From: Acidimicrobiia bacterium
GTDB lineage: Bacteria; Actinomycetota; Acidimicrobiia; Spongiisociales; ZC4RG35
Assembly: GCA_050741975.1 (NCBI GenBank)
Contig: JBOGET010000120.1
Location: 17,156-81,155, forward strand
DNA length: 64,000 nucleotides
Direction: 5' to 3'
Shown: piece by piece, positions 1 through 8,726 of the stretch
Layout of the letters: each line of letters begins with the position of its first letter
Position numbering within the stretch: position 1 is the stretch's first letter
The notes under the pieces: model-generated
What the model was told of the DNA's origin: nothing
Databases searched by the model: none
Seen by the model: only the letters and a program-made list of their open reading frames with translations
Program-made: the position numbers and the translations under genes

Positions 1-647
1 ACGGTCCCCGCAACCCCGATGTCGGTCAGGGTCGTGATCACCTGGGCCGGTCCGGCCGATGACTCCACCTGATAGCGGATCACGGTCACCAGGCCGTTCT
101 GGATGGTGAGGGAGAAGGGCACACCCTGGGCCGGGCCTGCCGCCGGGCCCAGCAGCCCGGTGAGGACCCCTCCCGTCGCGTCGCCCGACTCGAGTCTCAG
201 GTCATTGGCGTCGACCAGGGCGGCGAGCGGCGGTGATACCGGGGGCTCCCCTTCCAGGGGCACCCATTCGCCGTCGGCTCCGGTGACCCATTCGCCATCC
301 GGTGTCCTCACATAGGAGACGGCGCCCGAACCGGTGGAGATCTCGGCCGCCACTGAACCCCCATCCACGTTCCCTGTGATCGTGGTCAGGGTCTGCTCCC
401 CTACCAACACCACGGACGAGAACCTGTAATTGGCACTGGTTGCAGCGAGACTGTCGCCGACCAAGGAGACGGCATCGGCAGGTTGAGTTGTTGCGGTCGC
501 GTCGGTTGTCGTCGTTGTGCCGGCTTCGCTCATGGTCGGCGCCGACGTGGCGGAAGCCGTTGCCGGCGAGCTGCTCGTCTCGTCGACGGGCTCACCGGTG
601 CAGGCGACGACGAGCACGATGGCGAGGACGGGGAGGACCCTCGTCAA
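1..647 (-). CDS. Putative lipoprotein (5' end in window, C-terminus runs off window start)
   Basis: Reverse-complement reading from a TTG at 647 gives MTRVLPVLAIVLVVAC-TGEP..., a signal peptide with an L-V-V-A-C lipobox, then a Thr/Ser-rich linker. A GGAG-containing stretch lies upstream. It is absent from the ORF track because no stop falls inside the window. Confidence 0.4.
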   Translation of the reverse strand, partial: MTRVLPVLAIVLVVACTGEPVDETSSSPATASATSAPTMSEAGTTTTTDATATTQPADAVSLVGDSLAATSANYRFSSVVLVGEQTLTTITGNVDGGSVAAEISTGSGAVSYVRTPDGEWVTGADGEWVPLEGEPPVSPPLAALVDANDLRLESGDATGGVLTGLLGPAAGPAQGVPFSLTIQNGLVTVIRYQVESSAGPAQVITTLTDIGVAGT

Positions 648-694
648 GGGTCCCCCCCGACTCCGTGGAGACAGTTGATCAACCATTCACCCGG

Positions 695-1573
695 TCAACC
701 TTCGCCATCGCCGCCTTCGCCGTCGCCGCCGTCGTCATCGCCGCCGTCCTTGCGGTCGTCGTCATCGTGATCCCGGTCACTGCTCTTGTCCCCATCACGA
801 TCGTCGTCGTCATCTCGATCCCACTTGTCGCGATGGTCGTCGTCATCGTCCCAATGCTTGTGCCGATCCCGATCCGAGACAGTCACCGACAGACGAACCT
901 TGACCTCGCCGTCGTCGTCGTCGACATAGGTCTTGGCAACGAGTGTCACCTTGGCCTTCTCCTCACCGGAGGTCAGCCGAACCTTGACCTTGTAGGAGGA
1001 CTTGTCGTCGTCGTCGGAGACCCGAGCCTTGGGCTCGCCGACCTCGGCCACCACGCCATCGGGGACGACGACCTCGCCGACGGTGATGATCGGCGCGTTG
1101 CCATCGAAGGACACCGTGTAGGGGATGGTGACCAGACCGTTGCCAAAGATGTCGGCCGACCAGGAGCCCGGACCGGTGATGTCGGCAGTGGCGTCGGCCT
1201 TGACCGTGGTCTTGATCTTGTCGCCTCGAGACTTGACCACGATCTCGGTGTTCCCGTCGCTGAGGAGGAACACAACCTTGTGGTCGTTCTCCTTGATGAT
1301 GGTGGACCCGTCGGCAGGATCGAGTGCGACCGCAGAGATCTCGCCGTCCTCACCCCGTGTGGTGATGGTCACGCTGAGACCGGTCCCCAGGACGGGGAGT
1401 GAGGACAGAACCTCGGTGATCTCGTGCTCCGGGACAGTCGTCTCCGGCTCGCCGACCTCGGTCTCGTCTAGATCGGTGTCCTTGTCCCCGGCCAGGGATG
1501 CGCCCGGCGTCGCTGTCACCAACACCATGGCCAGACACCACATCAGGGCTTTTCGTCTGTATCGGAATCTCAT
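695..1573 (-). CDS. Secreted protein with extremely acidic Asp/His/Arg-rich C-terminal tail
   Basis: N-terminal signal peptide (MRFRYRRKALMWCLAMVLVTATPGASLAG). The C-terminus is ...DDDDDHRDKWDRDDDDDRDGDKSSDRDHDDDD.... It lies immediately downstream of the anti-sigma gene on the same strand. Confidence 0.55.
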   Translation of the reverse strand: MRFRYRRKALMWCLAMVLVTATPGASLAGDKDTDLDETEVGEPETTVPEHEITEVLSSLPVLGTGLSVTITTRGEDGEISAVALDPADGSTIIKENDHKVVFLLSDGNTEIVVKSRGDKIKTTVKADATADITGPGSWSADIFGNGLVTIPYTVSFDGNAPIITVGEVVVPDGVVAEVGEPKARVSDDDDKSSYKVKVRLTSGEEKAKVTLVAKTYVDDDDGEVKVRLSVTVSDRDRHKHWDDDDDHRDKWDRDDDDDRDGDKSSDRDHDDDDRKDGGDDDGGDGEGGDGEG

Positions 1574-1600
1574 TTCTCATGCCTCCTTGTCCGGAGTCGG

Positions 1601-2422
1601 TCAATCGTGACCGTCGCGCCTCTCGTCGTCGGACGACCTGTCGTCGTCCTGCTCGTCCTCGCGTAGCTCCTCCTCTTCGTCGTGATCCATTTCCTTGTGA
1701 TCTCGATGCTCCTCGTCGTCCCGGTCATCCCAATGAGGCCTGCCCTCACCCCCACCATCCCCGAGCCTGGCCCCACCCTCCCGATTACCGGCACGCCCTT
1801 CGTCGTCGGTCTCGGAGCGCCGATCGATGCGATCGGCTACGAGGTCGCGCCACGACCGGGTGCGTTCGTCGCTGTCGAGCTCGCAGCCGGCAGCGGGCCC
1901 TTCGCCGGCTTGCTCGTGCTCGCCGCATTCAGGCCACTCTTCACGCTGGTCGTCCCGTGCGGCGAGGATCGGCTGAGACGAGCTCGGCTCGGCTGACGAT
2001 GTGTGTGGTTCGGCGGTCTCGGCGGTGGCCGAGTCGATGTCGCCCTCGGCCTCACCCTCCTCCGGGGGAGGGGCGAGAGCCGGCTCGGCGCCGTCCGAGG
2101 CGACTCCGACGGCTCCCTCGGGATAGGGAACGGGGATGGGGACAGGCAGGGCCCTGGCAACGTCCGCCACGACATCCTGGATCGGCGCAGGCAGACCCCC
2201 GGCGAGGGCCACGCCTCCCGTCCCCAAGACGGTGCCCAGGATGGCGGCCATCACCGCCAGGCGGACCGCCCGGGCCCGCCGGGCCGTATGGGCAGACCTT
2301 GCGGCCATGGCGGCGGTGGTCACATGGCGTGTTGCGGTCGGCTCGTCCGGTCCGGCCACGAGGTCGTCAGCCAGAGCCGACAGGAAGGCTTCAGGATCTC
2401 GGTACGGCTCTGGCTGGCGCAC
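1601..2422 (-). CDS. Putative membrane-anchored anti-sigma factor (single TM, acidic extracytoplasmic tail)
   Basis: Lies 30 nt downstream of the ECF sigma gene. Short cytoplasmic N-terminus, one TM helix (AVRLAVMAAILGTVLGTGGVALAGGL), and a D/E/H-rich C-terminus. No recognisable zinc-finger anti-sigma motif. Confidence 0.45.
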   Translation of the reverse strand: MRQPEPYRDPEAFLSALADDLVAGPDEPTATRHVTTAAMAARSAHTARRARAVRLAVMAAILGTVLGTGGVALAGGLPAPIQDVVADVARALPVPIPVPYPEGAVGVASDGAEPALAPPPEEGEAEGDIDSATAETAEPHTSSAEPSSSQPILAARDDQREEWPECGEHEQAGEGPAAGCELDSDERTRSWRDLVADRIDRRSETDDEGRAGNREGGARLGDGGGEGRPHWDDRDDEEHRDHKEMDHDEEEELREDEQDDDRSSDDERRDGHD

Positions 2423-2452
2423 GTGAGGGAATCGTCTCCGTGCCCGATTGCC

Positions 2453-3088
2453 TTACGTCTCGTCGAGCATCTCCTGCAGCGCCCTGCGTGCCCGATGCTG
2501 CAGCTGCTCGACCGACCCCGTGGTCCTCCCGGTGATCTCGGCCACCTGCTTCGAGGTCCAGCCACCCAGCGCCCGCAGGATCAGCACCTCGCTCTGGTCG
2601 TCGGTCAGCCGGTCGAGGAGACCGAGCAGGTCACCGAGTGCGACCGTGGCGAGAGCTTCTCCCTCCACGTCGTCGAGGGATGGAACCGCCTCGTGGATGC
2701 CGGTGTCCAACGGGTCCTCACGTCGCCGGGCGCGACGACGTATGTCGTCGACGCGGCGGGCCCTGGCGATGGTGAACACCCATGCCCTGAACCCTGGGGC
2801 ATCTCCGCGAAATCGTCCGATCCCGCGGGCGACGTCCACGAACACATCACCGAGCACGTCTTCGGCGTCGGGGATGCGACTGGCCCGGAGGTAGCCCAAA
2901 ACCTGGGGGGCGAGCCATTGGTAGAGGACGCGCCATGCTTCATCATCTCCGTGCCGGGCGGCACGGAGATGGATGCGAAACTGGCTGTCCGTGATGCCCG
3001 AACTTGGCCTCATGCAGGGTTTTGGGGGGACACGGAGCCTCGTCTTGGGCTCTTCTCGCCTCCCGGCATCGGGCGGAAGGGCAGTCAA
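2453..3088 (-). CDS. ECF-type RNA polymerase sigma-70 factor
   Basis: Sigma-70 region 2 (WRVLYQWLAPQVLGYL...DAEDVLGDVFVDVARGIGRFRG) and a region 4 HTH (SEVLILRALGGWTSKQVAEITGRTTGSVEQLQHRARRAL). The true start may be the internal Met at about 3013. Confidence 0.8.
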   Translation of the reverse strand: MTALPPDAGRREEPKTRLRVPPKPCMRPSSGITDSQFRIHLRAARHGDDEAWRVLYQWLAPQVLGYLRASRIPDAEDVLGDVFVDVARGIGRFRGDAPGFRAWVFTIARARRVDDIRRRARRREDPLDTGIHEAVPSLDDVEGEALATVALGDLLGLLDRLTDDQSEVLILRALGGWTSKQVAEITGRTTGSVEQLQHRARRALQEMLDET

Positions 3089-3165
3089 GAAGCGGGACGG
3101 ACCGGGCGGGTGGGGCTATTGCTCGCCGAGGGAGGCGGGAGCGGGTTCCAGGTCCGTCCCGACGT

Positions 3166-3178
3166 TCTTGACTGTCAA
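3166..3178. promoter_or_regulatory. Perfect palindrome CTTGAC-T-GTCAAG in sigma-factor / BMC-operon intergenic region
   Basis: A 6-1-6 inverted repeat seen directly in the 180-bp gap between the BMC operon end (3272) and the ECF sigma start. Too short a loop for a hairpin, so a possible operator. Confidence 0.2.
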
Positions 3179-3271
3179 GGACGGCGTCTTACCCCGGCAC
3201 CCGGAAGTTGAAACATGGCCGTTCCCGAGCCCTTCTGTAGCCTCCTGGCGCCATATACGGCGCTGCGTACC

Positions 3272-3562
3272 TCAGGTAAGCCGGCGCACCTCGCCGTCCA
3301 CGACGAGCTGGTCGACGATGCCGACCACGACGGCGCGGATCGCTCCCCGGTCCAGGCCCAGGATCTGGCGGGCGGAGCTCCCCTCGTCGAGGATGAGCAC
3401 GGTGTCACCCACCCCGGCGTCGACGACGTCCACGGCAATGGTGTAGCCCGATGGCTTCCCCTCCACGTCCTGGAGGTCGCAGAGGAGGAGTCGGTGCCGG
3501 TCGAGCAGGGGGATGTTGATGGTGGAGATCACCGTCCCCGCCACCCGTCCCACCTTCATCAC
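3272..3562 (-). CDS. BMC vertex (pentamer) shell protein, EutN/CcmL/PduN family (BMC-P)
   Basis: MMKVGRVAGTVISTINIPLLDRHRLLLCDL...GYTIAVDVVDAGVGDTVLILDEGSSAR matches the PF03319 pattern. A 4-nt overlap with the upstream gene. Confidence 0.85.
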   Translation of the reverse strand: MMKVGRVAGTVISTINIPLLDRHRLLLCDLQDVEGKPSGYTIAVDVVDAGVGDTVLILDEGSSARQILGLDRGAIRAVVVGIVDQLVVDGEVRRLT

Positions 3563-3834
3563 TTCTCCTCCAGATGCACGTCATCGACGATCCCCACGAT
3601 GGCATGGTCGACCGGTACGAATCGCTCGGGCAGCGCTTCGGCCGCTTCCCGCGAGGAGACGAAGTAGACCAGCTCACCGGGCCCGGCCATGGACACCGCG
3701 TCGGCGGCGACCAGGGTCTCCCCGGCGGCCTGCTCGAACTTGTCGAGCGGCTGGACGATGAGAAAACGCACCCCTTCCAGACCGAGGACCTTCTCGGTGG
3801 CCACCACACTGCCCAGGACACGGCCTAGTTGCAT
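3559..3834 (-). CDS. BMC vertex shell protein (BMC-P), second paralog
   Basis: MQLGRVLGSVVATEKVLGLEGVRFLIVQPLD...LVAADAVSMAGPGELVYFVSSREA follows the EutN/CcmL fold pattern. Confidence 0.85.
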   Translation of the reverse strand: MQLGRVLGSVVATEKVLGLEGVRFLIVQPLDKFEQAAGETLVAADAVSMAGPGELVYFVSSREAAEALPERFVPVDHAIVGIVDDVHLEEK

Positions 3835-3835
3835 C

Positions 3836-4447
3836 TCACCCGTCCCCGGCGACGGAGGATACCCGGCTCATGAAATGAAGCTCACCACGCAGATTGTCCG
3901 CCATCTCGTCGTGGAGCTGGGCGATGAGATCCGACCGGACGAGCATGCCATGGTCCCGGGCCCGGTCGGTGGCGGCGTCGAGAGCCGCCTCGACCTCGGC
4001 CACCACACCCGAGAACAGCAGGTAGCCTTTGCCCCCGAGCCCGTCGGCGAGACGGATGGCGGCCAGGCCCACATCGGCTGCCTTGACCCCCGCATCGGCG
4101 GCGTCGATGGCGGCGGCGACAGTCGTGGTCTCCACCACTCCCAATGCCTCGTCCCCGACCGGCGCCATGGTGCTGTTCCCGGTCACCGCTTCGACCACGG
4201 ACGGATGGATGTCGGGGAGAAACACCATGTCGGCCAGGGTCTCCGACCCGACCTCGGTGCCCGCCCTGACCGCCTCCTCGACACTGGCGGTGTCCCCGCT
4301 GACGAGGACCAGGTACTTGCCCGGGTGCACCGTGCCGGCGTAGATGGCACCCAGCGGCGCCGTCTTGACCATGGCGTCACCGGCGACGATGCCGGCGCTG
4401 ATCGAGCCGAACTCGAGGAGAGCGATTGCCGGGTCGCGCTCAGACAA
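3836..4447 (-). CDS. BMC-T tandem-domain shell protein (PduT/CcmO-like)
   Basis: Two PF00936-like domains. Domain 1 is ALLEFGSISAGIVAGDAMVKTAP.... Domain 2 is ALGVVETTTVAAAIDAADAGVKAADVGL.... Confidence 0.8.
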   Translation of the reverse strand: MSERDPAIALLEFGSISAGIVAGDAMVKTAPLGAIYAGTVHPGKYLVLVSGDTASVEEAVRAGTEVGSETLADMVFLPDIHPSVVEAVTGNSTMAPVGDEALGVVETTTVAAAIDAADAGVKAADVGLAAIRLADGLGGKGYLLFSGVVAEVEAALDAATDRARDHGMLVRSDLIAQLHDEMADNLRGELHFMSRVSSVAGDG

Positions 4448-5897
4448 TGCGCAGGGCCCCGACCACGGTCACCCTCCGCACCCGGGAGAAGGTGCGGGGC
4501 CGGGTCATCCCCTCCCCGGTCGGGCTGGCGATGGAGAAAGAGGTGAACCCCTCTCCGCCCTGGCCCAGGCCGTTGAAGTTGGAGCCGTTGGCCACGAAGA
4601 TGCTGCAGTTCATGGCCCGGGCCATCCGGGTGATGGTCTCGACGTTGGTGCTGTGGATGGAGGCCGTGTGCCGGAACCCATGCTCGGAGCGCACCGCCAG
4701 ATCGATGGCATCCTCCACGTTGCCCACCCGGACCACCGGCATCACAGGCATCATCTGCTCAGTCCACACCAGGTTGTGCTCCCTGGGCACCTCGGCGACG
4801 ACGAGACGGGTGTCCTCGCCGGTGGTCACACCGATCTCGGCCAGGATCTTGGCAGCGTCCTTGCCGATCCACTCCGGGTTGATCATCCCCGGCTTCCCGG
4901 GTGGCCCCATCTCCCTGAAGATCACCCGCTCCAGACGCTTCAGCTCGTGCTCCTTGAGCCGGTAGGCCCCGGCGGAGACCATGGCTTGGACCAGACGGTC
5001 GGCCACGGTGTCGACCACGATCGTCGTCTTCTCGTCTGTGCAGATCACGTTGTTGTCGAACGACGCCCCCTTGACGATGGCCCGTCCTGCCCCCTCGACG
5101 TCGGCGGTCTGGTCGACGACGGCAGGGGGATTGCCCGGCCCGGCCGTTATCGCCTTCTTGCTGGTCTTCAGGGCCTCCTTGACCACCCCCGGGCCCCCGG
5201 TCACCAGGAGCACGCTGACCTCGGGGTGGTTCATCAGTTCCCTGGCCGACTCCAGGGTCGGCGACGGAACGGCGGTGACCAGGTCGGACGGGCCGCCGGC
5301 GCCGACGATGGCCCGATTCAAGATCTGGACGTTCTCCACCGAGACCAGCCGGGCATTGGGGTGGACGTTGAAGGTGACGGCGTTCCCGGCGGAGACGATG
5401 GCAATGGCGTTGTTGATGATGGTCGAGGTGGGGTTGGTGGTCGGGGTGATCGAACCGATCACGCCGTATGGGGCGTACTCGGTGACCATCATCCCGGCGT
5501 CGCCGGTGACCACCTGGGGCTCCAAGTCCTCGGGCCCAGGGGTGCGGGTCGTCACCAGGCGGTTCTTCATCGCCTTGTCCTCACCCCGCCCCAGACCGGT
5601 CTCCTCGGCGGCCATGTAACCGAGCCGCTCCCCCTCCCGCAACATGGCGGCCCGCATGGCGTCGACGATGCTCTTGCGGGCCTCCAGCCCCATCTCCCGG
5701 TAGCCGAGGAAGGCGGTCCGGGCCGCCGACACCGCCTGCTCGATGTCGGCATGGATCCCGTCGCCGAGTTGGACGTCGGAGACGGCGAGATCGTCTGCGG
5801 CGCGCAGGGCAGGGGCCGCCCGACCCGAGATCTCGGCGGCGGCAACCCGGCCCCTGACCCGCTCGATGATGGCCTGGATCTCTGCGTCGCTCAGCAT
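4440..5897 (-). CDS. CoA-acylating aldehyde dehydrogenase (PduP/EutE family) with N-terminal encapsulation peptide
   Basis: Aligns along its full length with PduP-type AldDH (GVIGSITPTTNPTSTIINNAIAIVSAGNAV, catalytic FDNNVICTDEK, C-terminal SPTGEGMTRPRTFSRVRRV). N-terminal LSDAEIQAIIERVRG is an amphipathic helix ahead of the catalytic core. Confidence 0.9.
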   Translation of the reverse strand: MLSDAEIQAIIERVRGRVAAAEISGRAAPALRAADDLAVSDVQLGDGIHADIEQAVSAARTAFLGYREMGLEARKSIVDAMRAAMLREGERLGYMAAEETGLGRGEDKAMKNRLVTTRTPGPEDLEPQVVTGDAGMMVTEYAPYGVIGSITPTTNPTSTIINNAIAIVSAGNAVTFNVHPNARLVSVENVQILNRAIVGAGGPSDLVTAVPSPTLESARELMNHPEVSVLLVTGGPGVVKEALKTSKKAITAGPGNPPAVVDQTADVEGAGRAIVKGASFDNNVICTDEKTTIVVDTVADRLVQAMVSAGAYRLKEHELKRLERVIFREMGPPGKPGMINPEWIGKDAAKILAEIGVTTGEDTRLVVAEVPREHNLVWTEQMMPVMPVVRVGNVEDAIDLAVRSEHGFRHTASIHSTNVETITRMARAMNCSIFVANGSNFNGLGQGGEGFTSFSIASPTGEGMTRPRTFSRVRRVTVVGALRIV

Positions 5898-5899
5898 CT

Positions 5900-6211
5900 C
5901 TACCCCGTGGGCGCCTCCTCCCGGCCCTTGTGATATCTCTCCTCGCCGCCCACGTCCCAGGAGTCGACGATCGCCATGATCACCGCATCCACGGGGCGGT
6001 CCCGGGTCAGCTCGGTCTGACGGGCAGAGCTGCCCGAGGCGTAGAGCACCACCTCATCGACCCCGGCGCCGACTGCGTCCACCGCCACCACATAGCCACC
6101 GGTGTCGGAATTGTCGGCGTCGAGCTGACGCACCACCAGGAACTTCATACCCTCCATGAGGGCCTCCTTGCGGCTGGCGACCAGTGTCCCCGCAACGCGG
6201 CCTAGATGCAC
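5900..6211 (-). CDS. BMC vertex shell protein (BMC-P), third paralog
   Basis: [31 protein letters not shown]...[27 protein letters not shown] is EutN/CcmL-like. Confidence 0.8.
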   Translation of the reverse strand: MHLGRVAGTLVASRKEALMEGMKFLVVRQLDADNSDTGGYVVAVDAVGAGVDEVVLYASGSSARQTELTRDRPVDAVIMAIVDSWDVGGEERYHKGREEAPTG

Positions 6212-6238
6212 AGTGCCATCTCCCGCCCTCGCCGCCGG

Positions 6239-6541
<303 letters not shown>

Positions 6542-6576
6542 GAAGCTGCTCCTTTCGTTGACTTCGGTTCATCGAT

Positions 6577-7236
6577 TCAACCCGATCCTGCGTCCCGCCC
6601 GGAGAGCCCCTCGAGCGCCGCCACGGCCGCCTGCCATCCGACGTCGATGTCCCGCTCTTCGCCACCCAGGTAGACCCGGCCCATCGAGCCGAAGCTGCGC
6701 ACCTCGAGGACGTTGATCTCCGCCGCCTTCTCCGCCTCGTTGGCTGCCAGTGAGGCATAGGCGGCAGGCTCGCACTCGAGGACGTAGAGGGTTTGGCCGG
6801 GGATGATCATCTGACCGTGACGGGTCCGGTTGATGAGCTGGGCATGGTGGTCGTCCAGCCGACGAATGATCTGCGAGGATAGGATGCGGGGCTTGATGCG
6901 GTCGTCCTCGGTGCTCTCGATGCCGTCGAGGATTGCCGCCCCGGCCGCCCTGGTCTCGGCCTGGTCGGGAGAGTGCACCTCGAGGACCCCGTAATAGCGC
7001 TCGATGATCTGCAGCCCGGGTTTGACGGAAGTCGCCTTGAGGGCGACATCGGTCAGGCGGTTGATCTCGATCCCGGGGGCCACCTCGACCCAGAGGGAGG
7101 CATCGCCGGCGAGAGGGAGGAAGCCCTGGGCCACGGTCCCGAGGAAGGCGGCGTACTGGGGCTGGAGGCTGTCCAGGAACGCAAACGACCTCAGCTCAAT
7201 ACCTCTCGTCACCACTACCTCCATCCCTCTTGCCAA
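6577..7236 (-). CDS. Permuted tandem BMC-T shell protein (EutL/PduB-like)
   Basis: About 219 aa with two BMC-like domains. ...[20 protein letters not shown] resembles EutL ...PNPAEVRAGLDAMIAHIENG. The second domain [44 protein letters not shown] resembles the AADAMVKAA...GGG...VAAVKAAV core. The start is uncertain (Met at 7236 or 7224) and overlaps the DeoC 3' end by about 30-40 nt. Confidence 0.6.
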   Translation of the reverse strand: MARGMEVVVTRGIELRSFAFLDSLQPQYAAFLGTVAQGFLPLAGDASLWVEVAPGIEINRLTDVALKATSVKPGLQIIERYYGVLEVHSPDQAETRAAGAAILDGIESTEDDRIKPRILSSQIIRRLDDHHAQLINRTRHGQMIIPGQTLYVLECEPAAYASLAANEAEKAAEINVLEVRSFGSMGRVYLGGEERDIDVGWQAAVAALEGLSGRDAGSG

Positions 7237-8029
7237 CGATCTCGATCCCGGCCGAAGCCCCGATTCTGGTCGCCCCTGCGGCGATCATGTCTTCCGCGTC
7301 ACCCGTGGTGCGGACCCCACCCGAGGCCTTCACCCCCATGTTCGGCCCCACCGTCTCCCTCATCAACGCCACGTCGTACACGGTTGCCCCGCCCGGGCCG
7401 AACCCTGTGGAGGTCTTGACGAAGTCGGCCTTGGCCTGTTTGGCCAGGGCCGAGGCGATGACCTTCTCCTCGTCGGTGAGCAAGGCCGTCTCCAGGATCA
7501 CCTTGCACAAGCCGCCGACCTCGTGGGCGGCGTCGACCACCTTCTCCATGTCCTTCAACACCAACTCGTGGTCGCTGGACTTGAGGGCTCCGATGTTGAG
7601 CACCATGTCGACCTCGCGCGCGCCATCCCTCAGGGCCCGGCGTGCCTCCATCGCCTTCACCTCCGGCGTGGTCGCTCCCAGCGGGAACCCGATCACGGTG
7701 CACACCGGGACCGAGGTGCCCCGGAGGTTCTCGGCCGCTCGCTTGACCCAGGTGGGGTTGATGCACACGGAGGCGAAGTGGTACTGCTCCGCCTCACGGC
7801 AGAGTTGGTCGATGTCGGCGGCGGTCGCCTCCGGTTTGAGCAGGGTGTGGTCGATGTATCGGGCCATGTCGAGGGGGACCTCCGCCGCCTCGCCGTGGAA
7901 GGCAACCCGGTCGGCTCCGTTGGCCACGACCTCGCGAACCTTCTCCCCGGTGTCGCAGACGTCGTAGCGGGCGGACAGCGCGGCCAGCACCTCCCGGGTG
8001 ACCATCTCGACGAGAGTCTCCCGGTTCAT
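7196..8029 (-). CDS. deoC: Deoxyribose-5-phosphate aldolase (class I, DeoC) with ~50-aa N-terminal encapsulation-peptide extension
   Basis: [11 protein letters not shown]...[10 protein letters not shown]...[11 protein letters not shown]...[11 protein letters not shown]...[14 protein letters not shown]...[10 protein letters not shown] aligns with B. subtilis-type DeoC. The start ATG at 8029 overlaps the rpiB stop (ATGA). The extension [23 protein letters not shown] is an amphipathic helix plus linker. Confidence 0.9.
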   Translation of the reverse strand: MNRETLVEMVTREVLAALSARYDVCDTGEKVREVVANGADRVAFHGEAAEVPLDMARYIDHTLLKPEATAADIDQLCREAEQYHFASVCINPTWVKRAAENLRGTSVPVCTVIGFPLGATTPEVKAMEARRALRDGAREVDMVLNIGALKSSDHELVLKDMEKVVDAAHEVGGLCKVILETALLTDEEKVIASALAKQAKADFVKTSTGFGPGGATVYDVALMRETVGPNMGVKASGGVRTTGDAEDMIAAGATRIGASAGIEIVGKRDGGSGDERY

Positions 8030-8649
8030 CCGGTGTCCTGTCTCATTCCGACTTTGGAGTATTGCTGCTCGATTGCGTCGATCTTGGCAACCCGGCGGGC
8101 GTGCCGGTCGCCGCCCCATTCGACCGAAAGCCACTCTTCGACGATCTGCCAGGCCAGTGCATCGCCGATCAAGCCCGCTCCCAGGGTGAGGACGTTGGCG
8201 TGGTTGTGCTCCCGGCTGTTGCGGGCGGTGGACAGGTCGTGACAGGGTGCGGCGCGGACACCGGGGACCTTGTTGGCCACCATCGCCGAGCCGATGCCGG
8301 CCCCATCGACGATGACTCCGTAGCGGCAGGCGCCCGATGCCACCTCACTGGCGACCGCATGGGCGAAGTCGGGGTAGTCGACCGAGTCGTGCGAATCCGT
8401 GCCACAGTCGAGTACCTCGTAGCCCGCCTCCTTCAGGCGGAAGCCGATCTTCTCCTTGAGCGGGTACCCGCCGTGGTCGGACCCGATGGCGATCCTCGTC
8501 TTCGTGTCGCCGGGCACCGTCGTCTGCGGGGGCGAGCCGGCCTCCGCGCGCGGAGGCTGATCGGATCCGATGACGCCGTCGATGACACGCTCGACGAGCG
8601 AGCGGACTTCCTGCTCTGTGGGTGAGCTCGGGCCGGCGGGAGATGTCAT
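8026..8649 (-). CDS. rpiB: Ribose-5-phosphate isomerase B (RpiB/LacAB family) with ~55-aa N-terminal extension
   Basis: [18 protein letters not shown]...[17 protein letters not shown]...[24 protein letters not shown]...NHANVLTLG is the RpiB fold. N-terminal [17 protein letters not shown] helix followed by a Pro/Thr linker. It is the first gene of the operon. Confidence 0.85.
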   Translation of the reverse strand: MTSPAGPSSPTEQEVRSLVERVIDGVIGSDQPPRAEAGSPPQTTVPGDTKTRIAIGSDHGGYPLKEKIGFRLKEAGYEVLDCGTDSHDSVDYPDFAHAVASEVASGACRYGVIVDGAGIGSAMVANKVPGVRAAPCHDLSTARNSREHNHANVLTLGAGLIGDALAWQIVEEWLSVEWGGDRHARRVAKIDAIEQQYSKVGMRQDTG

Positions 8650-8671
8650 CGGGCTGGGTGCGGCCTCACCT

Positions 8672-8694
8672 GGCCCATCCTAGGAAGATGGGCC
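8672..8694. promoter_or_regulatory. Inverted repeat GGCCCATC-N7-GATGGGCC in divergent promoter region of BMC operon
   Basis: An 8-7-8 perfect inverted repeat about 25 bp upstream of the rpiB start, between the BMC operon and the divergent HTH gene. Confidence 0.25.
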
Positions 8695-8726
8695 GGCGCC
8701 ACGGTCTTGCCCGGCCTCATGTTCTT

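Noticed and set aside
6577-7236. Considered whether this gene is the missing PduL phosphotransacylase of the metabolosome
   Set aside because: No similarity to the PduL PF06130 repeats or metal-binding His motifs. Instead it shows EutL-like permuted BMC segments ([20 protein letters not shown] versus EutL PNPAEVRAGLDAMIAHIENG) and a second BMC-like core.
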